From positions 6,752,001 to 6,816,000 of the forward strand of contig OZ244561.1 of the NCBI GenBank assembly GCA_965217585.1: a stretch of DNA of 64,000 bases, written 5' to 3'. Of this stretch, positions 19,885-30,600 are shown one piece after another. The number at the start of each line of letters is the position of its first letter. Position 1 is the first letter of the stretch. The position numbers and the translations under genes are program-made. Origin of the DNA: Candidatus Latescibacterota bacterium. Lineage in GTDB: Bacteria; Latescibacterota; UBA2968; UBA8231. The notes beneath the pieces are model-generated. The model ran no database searches and had not been told where the DNA came from. It worked only from the letters and a program-made list of their open reading frames with translations.

Positions 19885-21005
19885 AACTAGAGGACATCCT
19901 GCGTGGCATTTACGAGCGTGCTGAGGCTGCCTTAGTAGATAAGTCCGTTATCCCTGATATATACATCAGGGAACGCGCTGCTTATGTCTGCCACTGCACG
20001 AGCAACCGCGCCGGGGTGCGCCTGCTTATGTCGTGCCTGCTAGGAAAGCTAGACAAGCCCAACGTTGATCCACGCAAACCCTATACTGAAATTGGCGACT
20101 CAGACAGTTTTTCTGGCCGCACCTATGATGAACAACACCTAGCCCCATTCATCAATGAACACCGCTTGCCCGTCAATCAGACGACAGCCTTCCTCACACC
20201 AACACTGAGAAACATCGATCATCCGCTGACCACGGATCGCGAGCTTGTTGGCAGGCCGCGCGACCTGTATAAAAAGACCCTTGAACTACTCGAAGATGTG
20301 GCCGAACAGCGAGTAGCCGCTGATGTACTATTTGTCGAAATCGTTCGTCTTTTTCTTCAGATGCGCGACGAGAAATTGGCTCGTATAAATTCACTGCTCA
20401 AAGGATTGGAACAAACCGAAGGGGCCTTGCCCCTATCGTCAGAGGCCATCGTCACCCTGCTCAAGCAGCACTTGTCGTGCAAACATGCAAGCCGCTTGCC
20501 AGTCCTCGTCGTAGCAGCGGCCTATCAGGCAGCCGGAACGCGGCTTGCCGAACGCATATTGCCGCTAAACCCACACAATGCCGCCGATCTGCAAACCGGC
20601 TCATTGGGAGATGTGGAAATTTGCCTCGTTGGAGAAGATTCTGTTGTAACGGCTTACGAAATGAAGGCGAAGCGAGTCGATTACACCGACATCAACGCAG
20701 CACTAGCCAAGATCATCGGAGCGTCGCATAGGATCGACAATTATCTATTCGTCACCACGGATGTAATCGATCCAAGAGTAGCCGAATACGCAGCCGGATT
20801 TTACGAACAGACCGACGGAGTCGAGATTGCTATTTTGGACTGCATCGGATTTCTGCGACACTTCTTGCATCTGTTCCACCGCATCCGCGCTGACTATTTG
20901 AACGCCTACCAAGAACTGGTTTTAAACGAGCCGGATTCAGCCGTAAGTCAAACACTCAAGGAGGCTTTCCTAGCCCTGCGCCAAGCGGCTGAAAGCGACG
21001 AATAA
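19881..21005 (+). CDS. Type II restriction endonuclease, SacI-like PD-(D/E)XK
   Basis: SGRTYDE, NAAD.QTGS.GDVE...YEMK; ATGA-coupled to the methylase. Confidence 0.7.
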   Translation: MKLEDILRGIYERAEAALVDKSVIPDIYIRERAAYVCHCTSNRAGVRLLMSCLLGKLDKPNVDPRKPYTEIGDSDSFSGRTYDEQHLAPFINEHRLPVNQTTAFLTPTLRNIDHPLTTDRELVGRPRDLYKKTLELLEDVAEQRVAADVLFVEIVRLFLQMRDEKLARINSLLKGLEQTEGALPLSSEAIVTLLKQHLSCKHASRLPVLVVAAAYQAAGTRLAERILPLNPHNAADLQTGSLGDVEICLVGEDSVVTAYEMKAKRVDYTDINAALAKIIGASHRIDNYLFVTTDVIDPRVAEYAAGFYEQTDGVEIAILDCIGFLRHFLHLFHRIRADYLNAYQELVLNEPDSAVSQTLKEAFLALRQAAESDE

Positions 21006-21859
21006 TGGACGACCGAGTCCAAGACTACCTATTTGACCTCCAAGGTTATCTAGTCTTAAAAAATGCCATCTCGGCGGCAGACTTGCGCGAGATAAACCAG
21101 TGGATAGACGACCACGAATCGCATGTAGCAGATCCATGGTCAACCGATGGTGATTCAAAGAAAAAAGGCCGCTGGATCGGTCATGTAGAAACGCATACCT
21201 ACAATGAAGAAAATGGCGTCAACTTCCAAAGCATCATCGAGGGTGGCCCTGTTTTTGAGCGCTTGATAGATCATCCCGCTTGGATCGACTTGGTCAAAAA
21301 GTACATTCACTCTTCAGTAAATGGCCTTTCCATTCACGAGAACTTTCTCAACGTCCGCGGTCCGGGTGGTTACATCCACATTCACTGCGGCGGCCACGTT
21401 CCGCTCAGTTATCTGACATTTCGCCAGAACAACACCGGAGAATGGATGGTCGGGCAGATTAACGTACTAATGGCCCTCAACGACATCGGCGAGGGCGATG
21501 GCCCACCTGTCCTTATTCCAGGCAGCCACAAATGCACCGAAATTCACCCTCGGCTAGCAGTGGATGGTCGGGGCTTAGTTTACGACGGCGTGAGCGGCAA
21601 ACCCGCCGGGACCGCCATCGCCGTGCAGGAAATGTACCTGAAGGCAGGGGACGTCTTGTTATTCACGGATGCGATAACACACGGCTCGGCGGAACGCACC
21701 AATCCCGGCTATCGGCGGACGATTGTCTATCGCTATTCCCCAAGATATGTGCGCGAGCGATTCAACTATCAGATTTCGCAAGGACTGTTACAACGTTTGA
21801 CCCCAGAAAGACGGGCAATTATTGAGCCCATTGCGCCGCGGCAACCGTCATCCTCATAG
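21005..21859 (+). CDS. PhyH family Fe/2OG enzyme with HxG instead of HxD
   Basis: YLFDLQGYLVL, IHCGG, LIPGSHK, KAGDVLLF...THGS. Confidence 0.85.
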   Translation: MDDRVQDYLFDLQGYLVLKNAISAADLREINQWIDDHESHVADPWSTDGDSKKKGRWIGHVETHTYNEENGVNFQSIIEGGPVFERLIDHPAWIDLVKKYIHSSVNGLSIHENFLNVRGPGGYIHIHCGGHVPLSYLTFRQNNTGEWMVGQINVLMALNDIGEGDGPPVLIPGSHKCTEIHPRLAVDGRGLVYDGVSGKPAGTAIAVQEMYLKAGDVLLFTDAITHGSAERTNPGYRRTIVYRYSPRYVRERFNYQISQGLLQRLTPERRAIIEPIAPRQPSSS

Positions 21860-21876
21860 CGTTCAAGAGCTGCTCA

Positions 21877-22290
21877 TTAGTAAACCACCGCTACGCACGC
21901 CATCCGCTCCTCGCGCTGCCGATTCGTCTCCACCGCCACCCTGACCAAATACAAACCCGGCCCGACCAACCGGCCCGATTGATCGCGGCCATCCCATAGC
22001 ACGGCGTGGCGACCGGCCTCCCGTCCACTTGGGCCGGAGCGCCATAGGCAACGGCCGCGCAGGTCAAACACCTCCACTACCACCTCGGGTGCGCCCAGCA
22101 CCTTCAGCAGTGTATAGCCGATCCGCACCTCGTCGTTCACCGCGTCTCCCTGCGGCGTAAAAGCATTCGGCTCTACTTCCATTGCGGCCAACACCGACCC
22201 CTGAGCTGTGGCCACGATCCGCAACTGATTGGTGCCCATTTCCTCGCTCACATCCCCGGCCACTACCAACTGGGGAAAACCCGCTTGGCC
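21877..22290 (-). pseudogene. 3' remnant of a secreted protein (FlgD-Ig/CTD only)
   Basis: PNAFTPQGD, VFDLRGR, WDGRDQSGRLVGPGLY, terminal VVY; the 5' part is replaced by cas6e DNA. Confidence 0.75.
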
Positions 22291-22383
22291 GCGCTGCTGG
22301 CGCGGGGCGTGGGGCGTCACCGGGCCTATGGCTATGGTATGTTGCTGCTGCGCTCGCCAAACCAACCTGCACCCGAGCGTTAA
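22291..22383 (+). pseudogene. cas6e: C-terminal fragment of type I-E Cas6e
   Basis: Translates ALLARGVGRHRAYGYGMLLLRSPNQPAPER*, the Cas6 glycine-rich loop. Confidence 0.8.
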
Positions 22384-22394
22384 ATGCTTCTAGA

Positions 22395-22478
22395 GGACCG
22401 GACCTGTCAATGGGTGTCCGGACGCGAGTGTGGGATGTGCTGTCAGAGTGGTGGTCAGCATTGGGGAACGGGTCAATC
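22395..22478 (+). pseudogene. cas2: Internal fragment of type I-E Cas2
   Basis: Translates GPDLSMGVRTRVWDVLSEWWSALGNGSI, matching the I-E Cas2 S.GVR.R.W..L.EW....GSI segment. Confidence 0.7.
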
Positions 22479-22479
22479 T

Positions 22480-22508
22480 GGTTTCCCCTGCACGGGCGGG
22501 GATAGACC
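22480..22508 (+). CRISPR. Single degenerate type I-E CRISPR repeat (no array)
   Basis: GGTTTCCCCTGCACGGGCGGGGATAGACC: CCCC/GGGG hairpin with GATAGACC tail, directly after the cas2 fragment. Confidence 0.72.
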
Positions 22509-22590
22509 GACATAGGTCTGGTCCGTACATTCCATGACCCGGCTTGGGCTTGGCCGGAAATCACCCTCCGAGATGAAGTAGAGACCTACC

Positions 22591-24171
22591 ATGCGTTTCT
22601 TTTGTACCGCCGGCCCCGTCCGCAGCGAAGATCACTATTGTTTGCCGCCTCTTGGACGTCTAGAACTCAATGAGGTGCTGGCACTTATAGACCAACAGAA
22701 GTACTTCGTGCTACACGCGCCGCGGCAGACGGGAAAGACGACTTGCCTGCTGGCGCTGGCGGAACACCTCAATCGCGCCGGAAAGTACCATGCGCTCTAT
22801 TGCAATGTGGAGCTGGCGCAGACGGCTCGCGAGGATGTTCAACGGGGGATGCAAGCGATTTTCGGCGAAATGGCTTCGCGCGCTCGCGATTTTCTCGACG
22901 ATACCTTCTTGTTTGAGCAACAGCGCACCTTGTTTGAACAGTTTGGTGCCGACGGCGTCCTCAACGCCGCCATTACCGAGTGGTCGAAAGCAAGCACCAA
23001 GCCGATTATCCTGTTGATTGATGAGATAGACGCGCTCGTCGGCGATATGCTGATTTCAGTGCTGAGACAGTTGCGCGCCGGATACGACAAGCGTCCGCGA
23101 CACTTTCCCCAAAGTATCATTCTCTGCGGTGTGCGCGATGTCAGGGATTATCGCATCCACTCCACGCAAGAAAAGGCCGTCATCACCGGCGGCAGCGCAT
23201 TCAACATCAAAGCCGAATCCCTGCGCTTAGGTAATTTCCAGCGACGGGAAATTGCCACGCTACTACACCAACATACGGATGCGACAGGCCAAGGCTTTGG
23301 CGACGACGCCTTGGAACGGATTTGGGACCTCACCCGCGGTCAGCCGTGGTTGGTCAACGCACTCTGTTACGAAGTCTGCTTCAAGGCCGCAGAAAGCCGC
23401 GACCACACTCAGCCAATTACCTCTGCAATGATTGAGACGGCCAAGGAACAGATCGTGCTGCGCCGCGAGACCCACATTGACCAATTAGTAGATAAACTTG
23501 CTGAACGCCGAGTGCAAAACGTGATTGAGCCGATCTTGGCGGGCATTGAAAGCACGGCACTAATTCCGACCGATGACATTCTCTACGTCCGCGACCTAGG
23601 ACTGATTCAAACGGACGAAGGTCAATTGAATATCGCCAATCGCATCTACCAAGAAGTGATTCCACGCGAACTGACCTTCAGCACCCAGTTGACCTTTGCC
23701 CATCAACCCGCGTGGTATATCCAAGCCGATGGTCGGCTCGACATGGATGGACTCATCGCCGCCTTTCAACAATTCTTCCGCGAACACTCGGCCGGTTGGC
23801 TAGAGCGCTTCGATTACAAAGAAGCGGGGCCTCACCTGTTGATGCAGGCATTCTTGCAGCGGATTATCAACAGCGGCGGCCGGGTCGAGCGAGAATACGG
23901 GCTGGGGCGCAAACGAACGGATTTGCTGGTCATTTGGCCTTACAAAGGTCGCCTCCAAAAGGTGGTAATTGAACTGAAAATTCTGTATGGTTCCCTGCAA
24001 AAAACGGTCGCTGAAGGTCTGGGGCAAACCCTTAACTACATGGATCTGTGCGCGACTAACGAAGGGCATTTGCTCATTTTTGACCGCGATGTGAACAAAG
24101 CGTGGTCGGAGAAAGTGTTCCGGCGTCCCGAACTCTGTCGCGGCGAAACCATAACCGTTTGGGGGATGTGA
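22591..24171 (+). CDS. AAA-like ATPase with C-terminal PD-(D/E)XK nuclease domain
   Basis: APRQTGKT, LLIDEID, REYGLGRKRTDL...VIELK. Confidence 0.85.
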   Translation: MRFFCTAGPVRSEDHYCLPPLGRLELNEVLALIDQQKYFVLHAPRQTGKTTCLLALAEHLNRAGKYHALYCNVELAQTAREDVQRGMQAIFGEMASRARDFLDDTFLFEQQRTLFEQFGADGVLNAAITEWSKASTKPIILLIDEIDALVGDMLISVLRQLRAGYDKRPRHFPQSIILCGVRDVRDYRIHSTQEKAVITGGSAFNIKAESLRLGNFQRREIATLLHQHTDATGQGFGDDALERIWDLTRGQPWLVNALCYEVCFKAAESRDHTQPITSAMIETAKEQIVLRRETHIDQLVDKLAERRVQNVIEPILAGIESTALIPTDDILYVRDLGLIQTDEGQLNIANRIYQEVIPRELTFSTQLTFAHQPAWYIQADGRLDMDGLIAAFQQFFREHSAGWLERFDYKEAGPHLLMQAFLQRIINSGGRVEREYGLGRKRTDLLVIWPYKGRLQKVVIELKILYGSLQKTVAEGLGQTLNYMDLCATNEGHLLIFDRDVNKAWSEKVFRRPELCRGETITVWGM

Positions 24172-24179
24172 AACCTGCT

Positions 24180-25280
24180 ATGACCAACGCTACCGAATAC
24201 ATCGGCATGACCCGCGACGCCATCGACACCCCCGTCCTCTTGGTCGATCTCGACGCGCTCGAATACAATATCGCCCAGCTCGCCGAGCACTTCCGCACGG
24301 TGGGCAAAAACCTCCGGCCGCACACCAAGTCGCACAAAACCCCGGCCATCGCCCACCTCCAGCTCACAGCCGGCGCGCAGGGGATCACCTGCGCCAAGGT
24401 CGGGGAGGCCGAGGTCATGGCCGACGCCGGCATCCAAGACATCCTCATCGCCAACGAAGTCGTCGGCCGCCGCAAGATCGAGCGCCTCATGGCATTGGCC
24501 GCTCGTTGCGACATCATGGTCGCGGTCGACGACCCACAAAACCTCGCCGACCTCAACGAGGCCGCCCACGCCTACAAGGTCTGTCCCCGCGTACTCGTGG
24601 AGGTCAACATCGGCCACAACCGCTGCGGCGTCGCGCCCACCGCGGTCGTCGATCTCGCCCGCGCGGCCTCCCAAGCACCGCGCCTGCGCTTCTGCGGCCT
24701 GATGGGCTACGAAGGCCACGTCATCGACCTCGAAGACAAAACCGCCCGCGACGACGGTGCCCACACCTGCCTCCAGCGCCTAGTCGATGCCCGCGACGCC
24801 GTGGAACGCGCCGGTCTCGACTGCTCGATTTGCAGTGCCTCGGGCACGGGCGATTACTACATCAGTACCTCCTTCGACGGCATCACGGAGGTTCAAGCCG
24901 GCTCGTACGCGCTGATGGACGCGGCGTACGCCAAGCTGGACTTGGGCTTCAAAAACGCCCTCAGCGTGCTGACCACCGTTACCAGCCGCCCCGCGCCCGA
25001 GCAGGTCATCACCGATGCCGGCCTAAAAAGCCTGACGCCCGAGCACGGCTTCCCCCTCGTCAAAGGCCGCTCCGACTTGGAATGCCATGCTCTCTCCGAA
25101 GAGCACGGCCGCCTCAAGACCCTAGCCGGCCCTTGCACCGACCTCCACCCCGGCGACCTGCTCGAATTTATCCCCGGCCACGGCTGCACCACCGTCAATC
25201 TCCACGACCACCTCTACGCGCTACGCGCAGGTCGCTTAGAGGCGATTTGGGAAATTGCTGGCCGCGGCAAAGTCCGCTAA
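24180..25280 (+). CDS. DSD1-family PLP enzyme (D-serine dehydratase/D-threonine aldolase-like)
   Basis: IDTP.L.VD, RPHTKSHK, GLMGYEGH, SEEHG, PGHGCTTVN. Confidence 0.88.
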   Translation: MTNATEYIGMTRDAIDTPVLLVDLDALEYNIAQLAEHFRTVGKNLRPHTKSHKTPAIAHLQLTAGAQGITCAKVGEAEVMADAGIQDILIANEVVGRRKIERLMALAARCDIMVAVDDPQNLADLNEAAHAYKVCPRVLVEVNIGHNRCGVAPTAVVDLARAASQAPRLRFCGLMGYEGHVIDLEDKTARDDGAHTCLQRLVDARDAVERAGLDCSICSASGTGDYYISTSFDGITEVQAGSYALMDAAYAKLDLGFKNALSVLTTVTSRPAPEQVITDAGLKSLTPEHGFPLVKGRSDLECHALSEEHGRLKTLAGPCTDLHPGDLLEFIPGHGCTTVNLHDHLYALRAGRLEAIWEIAGRGKVR

Positions 25281-25302
25281 CCACCCAAGAAGCTGCTGTT
25301 GT

Positions 25303-26832
25303 TCATCGTCTCTTCCTAGCCACCGCAGATTCCCAGCTAAGGTTGCGGGACCGATACTGCATCAGCACGCTGCGCCGGTCCTGCTCGCCCATCCACGGAT
25401 AGGCACCATGAGTCTGAGCACCGGCGAGAAAAATAAGCAGGTCCCCCGCTTCCATGCCGATGTGTCGAATCATGTCCATATCGCGATCGGCGGACAGCAC
25501 CCCTTTGGGTATGGGATAGACCCCCTTGTGGCTGCCCGGAATACAACAGAAACCGCCGTCGGCCGCCGTCACATCCCGCAACTGCCAGGCGACGTTGATA
25601 TACTCGCTATAACAGCGGCCATTGCAAAAAGTGTAGTGATTGGTCTCGGACGGGGTGACGCCGCTGGCATGCAGGTGGACCCCCGCCCCGCCGCGCTTAC
25701 TGCAGAGGACTTCGCACTTCGTCACCTCGTAGCCGCTGCCCATCATCCAGTTGAGGCGTTTGATAATCTCCGGATGGGCAATCATCCGCCGAAACGGTTC
25801 GCCGTGAGGCTGGGGCAGACTCCACGCATCCTCGAGCTTCGACCGATGCGTCCCCCGCAGACGAACGCAATCCGGCTCCCCCTCCGTCGATACCGTATCG
25901 ATCCAATCCGCGTTGGCGTCGATCGCCTCGTTGGCCGCGGCCAGCCACGCGGCGTCCATCGCTCCCTTGACCACCAGATGGCCACACAGATCCCAGTAGT
26001 AAAACTCCTTATCGTCAATCGACGGATCGGGATTGCGAATATAGATTGAGGGGTGATGGATAGCCGGCTCCGGTTCCAGACGGCTGGTCTCATCGTCCGC
26101 CCGCACGACTACCGGAGCGCCGCTGCGTTGGGGATCGTGCAGTACTGCTCGTTCCGCCGCCGGCAGATCCCCCGCCCACTCGTAGCAGTCGTCCGCGTCC
26201 AAATTGGACCAGTCGTGGGGCCTAACGTGCTTGTTGACGAATCCGTACGCCAGCGTCCGCTGCGGTTCGGTTCCGCGCCACGTCCGCACCCCGCGCACCA
26301 AGGCATCGGCGCAGAGCAAGAGGTCGCCAGCCTGTAGCCTCGGCTGCTCCGGCAGGTCCATATCGTCGGCACCGGTCAGCACCTCCTGCGGTGTTTCCAC
26401 CTCACTGTTATGGCTGGCCGGAATCAGCACTAGGCCGCCATCGCCCGGGCCGCCATCGTGCAGCACCCACAACGCGGCCAGCCCCTGACAGTGGCGGACG
26501 CCGTTGCGGTGAAAATAGGCCCGCGACCAGTCCATCCACTCGCTGCCACCGCTCAGCCGCTCATCGGTCTTCCCGCCCGCCCCCAGCAACGTCGGTCCCG
26601 CGTCCGGTCGATAGCCCTCCCCGCACAAGGCCTCCGCATAGCCGGCCAGGACCGGGTGGTCGCGCAGTTGCAGCAACGGGTCGCAGGATCCGGCCATAGG
26701 CAACTGGTCGCCGTCGCCGTCGAGCATCTGGTCAATCGCTTTGTTGTAGGTGGCCAATTCACCCGGCGACAGGACGCCGCGCACGACGATGAAGCCGGAA
26801 ATATCGAATCGGTAGCTTTCTTCGTCGTTCAT
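25303..26832 (-). CDS. Tandem two-domain PhyH family protein
   Basis: Two copies of Y.(F/W)D..G...V.G / GG...IP.SH / AGDLL. Confidence 0.85.
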   Translation of the reverse strand: MNDEESYRFDISGFIVVRGVLSPGELATYNKAIDQMLDGDGDQLPMAGSCDPLLQLRDHPVLAGYAEALCGEGYRPDAGPTLLGAGGKTDERLSGGSEWMDWSRAYFHRNGVRHCQGLAALWVLHDGGPGDGGLVLIPASHNSEVETPQEVLTGADDMDLPEQPRLQAGDLLLCADALVRGVRTWRGTEPQRTLAYGFVNKHVRPHDWSNLDADDCYEWAGDLPAAERAVLHDPQRSGAPVVVRADDETSRLEPEPAIHHPSIYIRNPDPSIDDKEFYYWDLCGHLVVKGAMDAAWLAAANEAIDANADWIDTVSTEGEPDCVRLRGTHRSKLEDAWSLPQPHGEPFRRMIAHPEIIKRLNWMMGSGYEVTKCEVLCSKRGGAGVHLHASGVTPSETNHYTFCNGRCYSEYINVAWQLRDVTAADGGFCCIPGSHKGVYPIPKGVLSADRDMDMIRHIGMEAGDLLIFLAGAQTHGAYPWMGEQDRRSVLMQYRSRNLSWESAVARKRR

Positions 26833-26919
26833 AAGGCATGTCTCCGGGTCCTGGGTCGGTGGTGATCTTACTGCCGCTTGCTCTTCGGTATGTGAAGCTA
26901 CGGTTGGCCGCCCTCAACC

Positions 26920-27675
26920 TCAAGGAACGGACAATACTGGCGGCACTGGGGCGATCTCATGCGTCACCGAAAGCGCAAACGAGGCGCTCGTCACCTCCTT
27001 GGGGCGGTCAAAAGCATCTACCCGCAAGACCATATCCTCGATTTCGACGGTGATCGCTCGCACCTTGGCATGCAGCGGCGCAAATACCACCTTGCCGCTA
27101 TAGGCGTCCCCCTTAAACACAAAGGTGTGCCGCCTGAACAACGCCTCCCGCACCAAGCCCATGCGTTCCTGATAGTAGTAGTCTTCATTGCCGCCCTTGC
27201 CGCGCCGCTCCATGTAGTAGCGCTCAAAACTGTTGTCCGCGTCGCGCTTGAGCACGCCCCAGTATCTGTACTCGCCGCCTCGGTCGGTATGTAGCACCAT
27301 CTTCGCCGGATCGACCATCACCTTGGGATAGCTCTGATTGACCACCGTCATCTCAAAGACGGTAAAGCGCAGCGGCGCATAGCCCCGATCCAAGTCGCGG
27401 TCCTCTCCGTAGGTAAAGGGATTCAGATTCGGCTCGCGGAAGGTAAAACGGGCGTACTCCCGATTCAGGGCCTGATCGCTCAGGTGCCGCAGCTTGAGGC
27501 GGAATCCTTCCTGCTCGAAGACTGTGGTACTATCCTCCGGGTCGAAGTAATAGCGACCATCCTCCAGCAGGCTCTCCTGCGGCACAACCCACAGCGCGTA
27601 GCGCAAATCCGGCGGGAACCGAATGCAGCCGGCCGCCACAAGCAGCGCCAGCATACTCCATCCCCACCTCTTCAT
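26920..27675 (-). CDS. Hypothetical lipoprotein
   Basis: MKRWGWSMLALLVAAG-C lipobox; ATGA-coupled to the TPR gene. Confidence 0.8.
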   Translation of the reverse strand: MKRWGWSMLALLVAAGCIRFPPDLRYALWVVPQESLLEDGRYYFDPEDSTTVFEQEGFRLKLRHLSDQALNREYARFTFREPNLNPFTYGEDRDLDRGYAPLRFTVFEMTVVNQSYPKVMVDPAKMVLHTDRGGEYRYWGVLKRDADNSFERYYMERRGKGGNEDYYYQERMGLVREALFRRHTFVFKGDAYSGKVVFAPLHAKVRAITVEIEDMVLRVDAFDRPKEVTSASFALSVTHEIAPVPPVLSVP

Positions 27676-30600
27676 TCCGCCGCCACCTCGCCTAAGTACG
27701 TGCGGCCGATCACCTCCCGATTGCTGCGGGCAAACTCCAAGGCGCGCCATTCTTCCTCTCTTCCCTCTAACGCCGCGACAGCCTCCTCATAGGCTAGAGC
27801 GGCCAAGCGCCAGTTGTCCATCTGGTAATAGGAAACCCCGATATTGCACCGCGCCGCGGCCTCGCTGGGCGTGTTGGGGTAGCGCACGATCACCTCCTCC
27901 AACACCGCGATGGCCCGCACAAACTCGCCCTCGTCGTAGAGCGCCATGCCCTCGCTGTAGAGCGAGTCGGCCTCCGCGTCTGCCAGATAGGCCAACAACT
28001 GGCGCGCTTGTAACGCCTCCGCCGTCTCGGGGAAGCGCTCCACCACTTGCGCGTAGAGCCGCGACGCCTTGAGGAATTGGTGGCCGTTGTAGTAGTAATC
28101 GCCGATGTGCATAAGCCCCTGATGGGCGCGTTCGTGCTGGGGATAATCGCGCGCCAAGCGCAAAAAGAGGTCGCGCATCGGCTCGATCTGTTCAAGCTCC
28201 AACTGACACCAAGCCGCCCCGTACAGGGCCTCGGGCGCGTCCTTGCTGTCCGGGTAGGTGCCCAAGACTCGCTCGTAGGACGACAACGCCCGCTCGTACT
28301 CGGCCTCCCCGTAGTGCAGTTCCCCGATCAGCAACTCGGCCTCAGACGCCTGCGGCTGATCGGGATAGGCCGCGACCAACTCCTCAAAGGCGATCTGCGC
28401 TGCCGCCTTCTCACCCCGCGCCTGGAGACTGTGCCCCAAGTAGAACAGGGCAGCAGCCCGCATCGCACGGCGCGGTGCCACCTCCAAGACCGCGCCAAAC
28501 GCCCTCTCCGCAGCCTCGTAATCACGCTCGCCTAAGGCCACGCTGCCTAGCTCAAAATGGAATTCGGCGGCCTGAGCCGGCACTGATATCCGCGCCAGCC
28601 CCTCTTCCAAGACCGCCCGCGCTGCGGCCAAGCTATCCTGAGCCACCAACGCCCGGCCCAGCAAAAGCCACGCGCGGTCTTCGTGCGCCAGCAAGGGCCG
28701 AACTTGGGCCGCGGCCTGCGCCGCCTCACCTTGATCCAAATACCACTGCCCCAGCCCCAACAAGCCCTCGACGCGGGTGGCTTCACTCGCGGCCATGGCG
28801 CGATAGACTGCTTCCATGCGCTGGCTATCCTCCAAGGTCTGGGCACACGCGCTCATGGCCTGCAACAGGGCGCGCCGCTGGTCGCCAGCCAACACACCCA
28901 CCTGCCAAGCCGCCTCCCACTCCTTCCACGCAGCCTCGTAATGCCCAGTCTTGTACAAGCTCCAGCCCAACCCTACCTGCGCCGCAGCCGCCGTAGCTCC
29001 CTCCAACTGTGGCAGGGCCTCGCGCAACAACGGCAGGGCCTGCTCGTGCTCGCCGCGCCGCTGGTGCAACAACCCCAACTGCGCGGTAAGCTCGGCATTC
29101 GGGGTCTGCGCGACCTGCCGCGCAATCAGATCTATGGCCTCATCGGTCTTTCCCTCCTCGACGTGCAGTTGCGCCAGTTCCAACTGGGCGTACGCGTACT
29201 GGGGCTGGGTCGGGGCGATGGACTCCAGTACCCGACGCGCTTCCTCGCCGCGCCCGGCCTGGCGGTAGCGGCGACCCAACACCAGCGCGGCCAATCCACG
29301 TACATCTTCGTCCGCACATTGGACCAAAATCTGTTCGTAGAGTGCGTCGCTCTGCTCGTGGCGCAGGCGGGCGACCTGCAACAGGGCGCGGCAAGCCAGC
29401 TCCGGGGCGGCCTCCCCGGCCACGACCTGCTCAAACTGCGCTACGGCCGCGGCCGAGTCGCTGAGGGCCTGATGGATCGTCCCCTGCCAAAACAGGGCCT
29501 CCGGTGCCAAGTACGTTCCCACTTCGCCGTACAGGGCCAGCGCCTCGGCAAACCACACTTCGGCACTGTCGGCGACCGCACTCTCCTCCCCCATCAACCG
29601 CAGACACTCCGCCTGGCGGAACACGGCCTCGTCAACGGACACCCCGGCTACATTCGCAAACGCCCTGTAAGCCGTCAGGTAAAGTCGATGCGCCGCCAGC
29701 GCCTCCTCGTAGCGACCCTCGTCAAACAGCAGGCTCATCAACCCGGCCTGCATCCGCGCCCTAAAAGCCGGTCGCTCGGCCTGCTCGGCCGCATAGCGAT
29801 ACACATCCAAGCTGGCATCCACCCCGTGCGTCGTCTGGGCTAAAAGGGCCTGCCGTACCCAAGCCTGCTCGGCAAGGTGCGGCTCCTGCGGAAAGTCCCG
29901 GCTGACCTTCTTGTACGCCGCCAGTGCCTCCGCATAGCGGCCCAGCGCCTTTAGCACATCCCCGCGCTTAATCCACGCTTTGGCCGCCAGCGAACGCCGC
30001 GACTGTCCTTCGCGCAATCCGGCCAAAGCCACCGCCCGCTTTTCCGCATCGGCCATATTCGCCGGATCATACGCATCGGCCAACGCCCCAAACGCCGCTA
30101 GGGCCTCCTCATAGCGCCCCAACGCCTCCAGCGCCAACCCCATCTGCAACCGCGCCCGATCCGCCCGCATCCCCGCTGGTGGGTCCTGCAAATATGCCCG
30201 AAAGGACTCCACCGCCTGCGCGTATTCCTCCTGATAAAACCACGCCCATCCCAAGGTATAGCGCGTCCGCTCGGCATAGCGCCCCTTGGGAAACAAGCGC
30301 AACAACACCTGACCGGCCGCGGCTGCCTGCGCGTACTCCTCGGCCTCAAAAAAGCACTCCACCACGAGGTACGCCGCGGTCTCGCGCAATTCAAAGCCAT
30401 CCTCATCGCGCAGCACAGCAAACCGATCCGCGGCCGCCTGCAAGGACGCCGTGGCCAGTCCCCTCAGCGAATCCGCCTCCACGGAATCGGCTAACGACGC
30501 CTCCTGCCGCCACAACTGCGCCTGCTTGCGGCCCATGTTGGCCAACTGATAGCGCGCGGCCGCTTGGACGCCCACTGCGTGCTCATCCACGACCACGCGC

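Noticed and set aside
22510-22590. A second CRISPR repeat making a functional mini-array
   Set aside because: Only CGGCTT resembles a repeat start after the putative spacer; there is no hairpin and no intact cas genes
12000-24200. Prophage, integron or IS as carrier of the defence genes
   Set aside because: No integrase, transposase, attC-like repeats, tRNA or phage structural genes were seen
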